Source: Cladosporium halotolerans
Lineage: Eukaryota
Reading direction: 5' to 3'
DNA: 64,000 bases
NCBI RefSeq assembly: GCF_011745625.1
Contig: NW_027191469.1
Coordinates: 248,001-312,000 of the forward strand
Shown here: one piece after another, positions 58,001-64,000 of the stretch
Layout of the letters: each line of letters starts with the position of its first letter
Numbering within the stretch: position 1 is the first letter of the stretch
The notes under the pieces: model-generated
Told to the model about the DNA's origin: nothing
Seen by the model: the letters and a program-made list of their open reading frames with translations, nothing else
The model's database searches: none
Position numbers and translations under genes: made by a program

Positions 58001-58749
58001 TTTCGCGACCACTCCGCACGAGTTCTTTGATCCAGAGCCAAACACCACTGGAAACACAGCCACCAAGAGGAATCAGTCCAAGATAGCCCCCACCGAAAAC
58101 CCTGCCAACAATGACAATGGCGAAGAAGATACCAATGATCAGGATCAGACCTCTTTCCTCGACGCGCTTGAACATAGGCTCGTAGCTGATAGACGGGGTA
58201 GGGTGGAACAGGATGTTGGTCTTCTCTCCGTGGATAGGTACGTCTGAGGTGCTGCCTTCAGCGATAGGGTCCGGTGGAGCTGTGACGTCCTGCTTCTCCT
58301 TGTATTCCGGGTTGAATTGTGTTGCTTCCGTCTGCACGGTCGTGTCCTTTCCGAGGTTTGCGTTAGGCACAGACAGAGTTGGATTTTTAGCCCTCTCCAT
58401 CATGTCTTTGTTGACATTCTCGATGACAATTTCTTTCCCTGTCGTGGGGTCTGTAACCGTCTCCTGATTTTCGCTGGTGTGCTTGACCTCGTTCTGGTGA
58501 GGCTGCACGTCAGCACCGCCCAACCCGCCCTTTTGGCGTTGCGCATCTTGCTTCCTCTGTTCATCGATCTTTCTGTCGCGTTCGGCCTTGTCCTTGTCCA
58601 GACGTTTCACAAACTGGTCAATGGTGGGGATCTTGTTCCCGCCGGAGTACTGCGTTGGAGTATTAGTGATCTGTTACGATTCTCAATAATGTCTGTGAAC
58701 TCACGTGTCCGCCGGGGGCGTGCTGAGCCTCTTGCGGCACTTGCGACAT
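55014..58749 (-). CDS. SMP- and C2-domain membrane contact protein, Mug190/tricalbin-like; intron 58704-58650
   Basis: N-terminal PGGH|YSGGNKIPTI, hydrophobic hairpin, PESVEWMN (SMP start), C2 domains (GVLWIRIHRA..SDPYI..DLNPIWEE..ELWDSDRHSADDIVG), and C-terminal RGMMQWKPARN..GRQPGVETE. Confidence 0.88.
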
Positions 58750-59533
58750 GGTGTACAAGCACTCTGTCGCGTCGGCTCTTGGAAAGGTACGTGCTCGTGT
58801 GTTGGATTCCCAATGCAGCTACAGCCTCGTGCCCTCCGCCAGGCTTGACCCGTTAGTGCTCGTGAGTCGTGAGTGTGCAGAAGTCGCCAGAAGTTAACAA
58901 GCAAAATAAAGTGGGTGAGGTGAACAATTGTAAGGCTGGCTCAGAAAACAGGGAAGATGTTGGCTCGTCCCCTCATGCCGCGCGCACAGCAGGCACCCTG
59001 CCGTCGATGTGGGACGAATGACGTCGATGAGAGCTCAGTGGCAGATCACCCGCGCGTCGCCGCGCGCCTGTCGCCGCCGATCGGTCGTGATAGGACGACC
59101 TCAACATCTGCGGCACGGCATAGTTCTCCTGGCAGGCCCTCAGTCGTCGTGCAGACTCTGCATAGCCAATTCGGCCGTCCCTTGCATGTATATCAGGGGA
59201 AAGCTTCGTCCTTGCAACCTCACTTCCTGCTCCAATGCAACCATATCAGGCAGGCGCGGGTCTTGGCTGATCTGCAGCTGTGCCCCGCGTCGTGCGTGGG
59301 CCAGGCCAGCGACAGGCCCGCGAATCGGCGTGATCTCAATGCTCTTGGATCGTCAACGCGATCAAGCGATGCAACTTGACCTGTGGGAAGACGCCAGCGG
59401 CTAAAATAACAGCTTGGCCTTGCGATAACAAATTATTTCGTTTGCGTAGCCACGAAGCTCTCAAAAAATCATGTTGTAGGTTATAACACATTACTCATTA
59501 TCCCCAGGGAACTGTGTCGTTTTACGCCGCGTC

Positions 59534-60788
59534 ATGTTGACCAGCAGCACCACGACGACTTTCACAAACTGCAAAATCTGCAGGGGAAGTGAACTTGTGG
59601 AGGATGAAGAAATAGTGGTGGCCGATGACACTGGAAGGATCGTGCACGCGAAATCGGCTGTTGCGAACAAGGTCATCGACTTCAACGGCGCGATACTCGC
59701 TCCCGGCTTGATAGAGCTGCAGACCAATGGCATGCGTGGCTTTCACTTCACTCACTTCGAAAATGATCAAGATTACGCTCAGAAGCTTATCGATGTCGCT
59801 CAATACCTACCAAGTACAGGCTGCACTGCTTTCTACGCCACCATTCCGACCGTTTCAAGTGATGATTTCAAGAAGGTGAGAGTTTCCAACCACCACGTGG
59901 TCCACCAAGCTGACATGTGACCGGTAGATCCTCCCGTCTCTTGAGCCTCGCGAAATACCAAATGCAGCATCTCTGCTAGGCGCTCATGCAGAGGGTCCAT
60001 ATCTCCATCCAAGTAAGAAAGGAGCCCATAATGCCTCGCTTTTTCATCAAGCATCTATTCTCCCGGAGGAAGTGTACGGAACGACAGCCGAGTCCAACCA
60101 TGTTCTCAAACTCGTCACTCTAGCTCCGGAGCTCGAACACTCGACGAAATTGATTGAGAATCTAACCGCGAGAAACATCCGGGTGTCTTTAGGACACTCC
60201 GCAGCGAGCCACTCCCAGGGCCTTGCCGCCTTGAGTGCTGGCGCAACGTGCCTAACCCACACTCTCAACGCAATGGCGCCCCTGCATCACCGCGACCCTG
60301 GGCTTGCAGGTCTAGTCACGAACTCTCCGATGAACTCAATGCAAGGTCCTTATTTCAGTATTATCCCGGACGGCAATCACCTCCACGCATCAGTAGCGAC
60401 GATGCTTTTGAGAGCCAATCCGAGCAAATGCATTATTATCACAGACAGCATCGAGCTAGCAGGCCTAGAAGACGGAACCTATCCCGGACACGCGCAAATC
60501 CCATTCAACCAGACCAAGAAAGGTACGAAGGTCGTCATTGAAGGAACCGAGACGCTCATCGGTGGATGCGCAGGTCTCGGGGAGTGTGTCAAGAATGTCA
60601 TGACATGGAGTGGGTGTGGAGTAGCCGAGGCCGTGCGGTGTGCCAGTGAGAATGTAGCAGATCTAATGGGCGATGAGGGTAGAGGGAAGCTAGAGATTGG
60701 GCGAAGAGCGGACTTCGTGGTGCTCGATGACGAGGGTCAAGTGTCGCAGACGTGGATACTGGGGAAGAAGGTGTGGGAGAGTAAGTGA
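59534..60788 (+). CDS. nagA: N-acetylglucosamine-6-phosphate deacetylase; intron 59876-59927
   Basis: APGLIELQTNG, GAHAEGPY..KKGAH, LVTLAPE, SLGHS, THTLNAM..HHRDPG, DGNH, ITDS, GKLEIGRRADFVVLD. Confidence 0.88.
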
Positions 60789-61373
60789 GCGATTTCATGT
60801 CAGCAAGCCTGGTCGCTGTACTGGTCATCCCTTCATTTCGGCAAAAGTAGGCTTCGCCTTGTCTAGAACTTCCAAGCGTATCGGCAGTCCTGCGAAGACC
60901 GGGGTATATCTGCTGCCAACGCTGGCGATGTCGTGGTCATGAAACAGTGCTTTGACCTGGTCTTGGCACCCCGTTGGCCGACTTCAGCCATCTTGCCGTA
61001 GCCGAGTCCACCCATCTCCAGACTGGAAACATGAACCGTCAGAAAAGCGCTTCATGTCTCACGCAACATCATCGCTTCACTTCAGAATGAGACATACTTC
61101 GTATCGACGAAGTAGTATGGATGTAGGTATTCTAGACGGGTTCAAGTACAAAAGACTTCGTTAAACCCGTCGAACCCGCTTCCTATTCACACAATCACAC
61201 AGCGAGCTCTGGAAGCAACTGTCTTTTCCGTTCAATTCATTCGTTCAGCGCTCCGAGAGCTGCTCTTCAATTCACGCCTCTCGTTCTCACCTCATTTTCC
61301 TCTCGCTGGCACAGGTGCCGTTTAACGATCAAATTTCTCAGGCAGGACCTTACACACAAACAAAAACGACGTC

Positions 61374-63890
61374 ATGAAGATCACAGGAACTTTGGCCGTC
61401 ATTTCGGCCTCTCTTGCAGTCGTAGATGCCCGCTGGACGCCCTTTGTCAAGCGGGAGGCCCTTCCGCAGCAAGATCTCTGCCCTTGCTCCGAGGGGTCTG
61501 GATCTGCCGGTTCAACTGCCACGACGACCGTGACAGTCACCCAAACTGCAACTGGTGGCAGCCAAACTCGGACTGCGACCATCACTGAGACGATCACCGC
61601 CAGTGGCGCTGCAGGCAGCGGTCAAACTGTGACTGTGACGGAGACTGCGCAGGGTGGTTCCGGCGAGGCTCGGACTGTAACGATTACCGAGAGCCAGGTA
61701 TCGACGGTCACTGCGGCGGCTGCATCTAACGGAGCTCAGAATGTCACGATCACCGAGACGGCAACTCAGACTATGCAGGGCGGCGGCGGATCCGGCAGCG
61801 TCGTGACCGTGACCGAACAAGCTCAGGGCAACGGCTCCAACGGCGGCTCTGCAGGCCCGTCCGTTGTGACTGTAACTCAGCAGAATGGCGGCTCTGGCTC
61901 GGGCTCTGCTACTGTCTCCGGTGAAGGTTCCTCTGGCTCGAATATATTCCCTGAAGGCAGCGCCGCCTCCGACGCCATCCCAACCAAGTCTGCTGGCCCA
62001 CCTTACCCAGTTGGTCAAGGAAACGGGACCGTGATTGCATCTTCTGGGTTCGGCACAGCAGTCTCCGGCACTGGAGTAGGCGAAGCGTCGATCCCAGTGC
62101 AGACCCTTACCTCTCAACAGCCTGGCGGAGGCGCCGTCACGATCACCGTCACTCAATCTGCCGCTTCCTCTACAGAAGTCTCGCCAGAGATGAGTACCGC
62201 TCCTTTGGGTAGCTCCATTTCCGATGCAGACGTGACAGGTGTTTCTGCCACTGGAACGGGTATTTCTGCTGGTGAGACGGGCGTCAGCTCCAACGGCAAC
62301 TCTTCGTCCGCTGGCGTGAGCACTCTTACGAGCACTGGCCAAAACGGAGCCATCACAATCACAACTACAGTGGCTGGCGGAAGTGGCGCGTCCGGAGTCA
62401 CTTCGTCTGGTGCGGCTGGCCAGACCGATAGTGCCCCGTACCCTGCACCAGAAGGGAACAACAGCATGGGCGTTGCTCCAACTGGATCTGGCTCAGCTGC
62501 CACTACTTCACTCGCTACCGCATCAAATGGCCAATCCTCGGCCAGTGTCGCGGTCGCTACTGAAACCAAGTACTCAACTTCAGTCAACGGCGACTTCACA
62601 AGTGTGGTCCCTATCGCAACTGAGATCCAGTACTCGACGATGATCAGCGTCGGTCAGCCCGTGACCAGCGTGGTACCGATTGGAACAGAAGTCGTCTACT
62701 CTACGATGACCAAAGAAGGCGGAGCTGAGACCAGCACCGTGGCCATCGAGACAAAGACTGCATACACAACCCAAGTCACCAACTCCCCTGGCAACTCAAG
62801 TGTTGTGCCGGTGTCTACTGAGACTCAATACTCGACGAGCGTTGAAGCTGGAGGATCTGGCTCTACGGTCATCCCAATTGCTACGGAGACTCAATACTCA
62901 ACAGTTGTGAGCGTTGGCGAGGGACAAACAAGCCGGGTTGCCGTTTCGACCGCAATCAGCTATTCTACTATTGTCGAAGGCGGCGGTGCGCAGTCAAGTG
63001 TCGTTCCCGTCGCTACAGAGACAGCCTACGTGACTGTGACTGGAAGCAGCCCTTCTGGCTCTGTTCTGCCTATTGAGGAGCAGGGCGGCTCAGCGAACTC
63101 CTCCGTGGTACCAGTCACCACCACGGCTTACAGTACCAGCACAGACGCAGAAGGAAAGACTGCGGTTATCCCGGTGGCGACGCAAACATCGTTCTCGACC
63201 ATCATCACGCCTGGCGAGAATGTGACGTCCGTCTTCCCAATCAGCACTGCCATTCAATACTCCACCATTATTGGAGCCGGCGTTTCCGAGGCATCTGTCG
63301 TGCCTGTCGAGACAAAGACTGCTTACACCACCACCACCGGCCGCCCTTACCCATTGCCTTCGTCAAACTCGACTCTCGCTAACCCAACCGGGCCTACAGC
63401 TGGTACCGGCGTCTCCGTCGTCGCCTCTAGCAGCCTCGCCGAGGAGACATCCAGTGTGCCGACCTCTCTTGCAACTGTGCCTACTCCATCCAGCCCAGAG
63501 GAAAGCAGTGCAGAAACTGCTAGCGAAGTTCCCTCTGAAACCGCAACTGGCACGGCAAGCAGCCCTGAAGATAGTGACGGCGAAGGCAGCGCAACCCAGC
63601 CCGGCGAAGTACCTACGAGCACCGAGGTCGCTCCAGAGGAGACCAGTGCGGCGGCGGCGGAAACTCCAGCTCCATATGCCGCTCCTTCGAGTGGCGATAG
63701 CGGATCAGAGACTACTCCTGCCTCATCAGAGACTGAGGGCGAGGGCAATGAAAACCCAGCATCTTCTAGCACTGAGGCCGCTCCGGAGGAGACTAGTGCA
63801 GCGGCCAGCGAAGGAGCTCCGCCTGCTTCGTACGGCGCTCCCGCGACTTATGGGAAGAGGAGGCATGCTAGGGCGTTTGGATTGTTTTGA
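61374..63890 (+). CDS. Secreted Ser/Thr/Gly-rich repeat (mucin/adhesin-like) protein, 838 aa
   Basis: Signal peptide MKITGTLAVISASLAVVDA, dibasic KR site, TVTVTET repeats, ~12 Val/Thr-rich repeats, acidic tail, basic C-terminus. Intronless ORF. Confidence 0.85.
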   Translation: MKITGTLAVISASLAVVDARWTPFVKREALPQQDLCPCSEGSGSAGSTATTTVTVTQTATGGSQTRTATITETITASGAAGSGQTVTVTETAQGGSGEARTVTITESQVSTVTAAAASNGAQNVTITETATQTMQGGGGSGSVVTVTEQAQGNGSNGGSAGPSVVTVTQQNGGSGSGSATVSGEGSSGSNIFPEGSAASDAIPTKSAGPPYPVGQGNGTVIASSGFGTAVSGTGVGEASIPVQTLTSQQPGGGAVTITVTQSAASSTEVSPEMSTAPLGSSISDADVTGVSATGTGISAGETGVSSNGNSSSAGVSTLTSTGQNGAITITTTVAGGSGASGVTSSGAAGQTDSAPYPAPEGNNSMGVAPTGSGSAATTSLATASNGQSSASVAVATETKYSTSVNGDFTSVVPIATEIQYSTMISVGQPVTSVVPIGTEVVYSTMTKEGGAETSTVAIETKTAYTTQVTNSPGNSSVVPVSTETQYSTSVEAGGSGSTVIPIATETQYSTVVSVGEGQTSRVAVSTAISYSTIVEGGGAQSSVVPVATETAYVTVTGSSPSGSVLPIEEQGGSANSSVVPVTTTAYSTSTDAEGKTAVIPVATQTSFSTIITPGENVTSVFPISTAIQYSTIIGAGVSEASVVPVETKTAYTTTTGRPYPLPSSNSTLANPTGPTAGTGVSVVASSSLAEETSSVPTSLATVPTPSSPEESSAETASEVPSETATGTASSPEDSDGEGSATQPGEVPTSTEVAPEETSAAAAETPAPYAAPSSGDSGSETTPASSETEGEGNENPASSSTEAAPEETSAAASEGAPPASYGAPATYGKRRHARAFGLF

Positions 63891-64000
63891 GAAGTGAAGG
63901 CTGACGATTCGACGCATTGGATGGAGAGACATTGGAAGATCGCGAACAACATTTCGGAGAAGGATTCCATTTTGCCGTTTACGCGGCACCACACTCCTTT

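Noticed and set aside
60786..60870. Stop-codon readthrough to a cryptic peroxisomal signal in nagA or other enzymes
   Set aside because: No TGA-CTA context, and the extensions I checked (nagA, second TauD, Rid, PI-PLC) do not end in an SKL-like tripeptide.

Overview
Eukaryotic, intron-containing, GC-rich DNA from a filamentous ascomycete. Gene content and short GT..CTRAC..YAG introns suggest a Dothideomycete, but the taxon is an inference. The window holds about 21 protein-coding genes, mostly conserved: a divergent pair of TauD/JLP1-type alpha-ketoglutarate dioxygenases, a DUF1330-like protein, a Q-rich disordered protein, a PI-PLC X-domain protein, dynactin p25, the NsdD/SUB-1 GATA factor behind a ~5.7 kb regulatory region, glutamate-cysteine ligase, an Mhp1/Gip3-like LRR protein, group I G-alpha (FadA/GNA-1), a ZIP7/Yke4 zinc transporter, Nop16, gamma-tubulin, a Pgc1-like GDPD, a Rid-family protein next to a C2H2/fungal-specific TF, an old yellow enzyme, a Mug190-like SMP/C2 protein, GlcNAc-6-P deacetylase and a secreted Ser/Thr-rich repeat protein. 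I found no rRNA, tRNA, CRISPR array or intact transposon. The most striking unexplained structure is a recurring ~0.5-1.5 kb compositional unit (C/A-rich left arm, CG-rich centre, G/T-rich right arm on the + strand) that ignores gene strand and gene boundaries. Exon/intron coordinates were read by eye, and no database searches were run.
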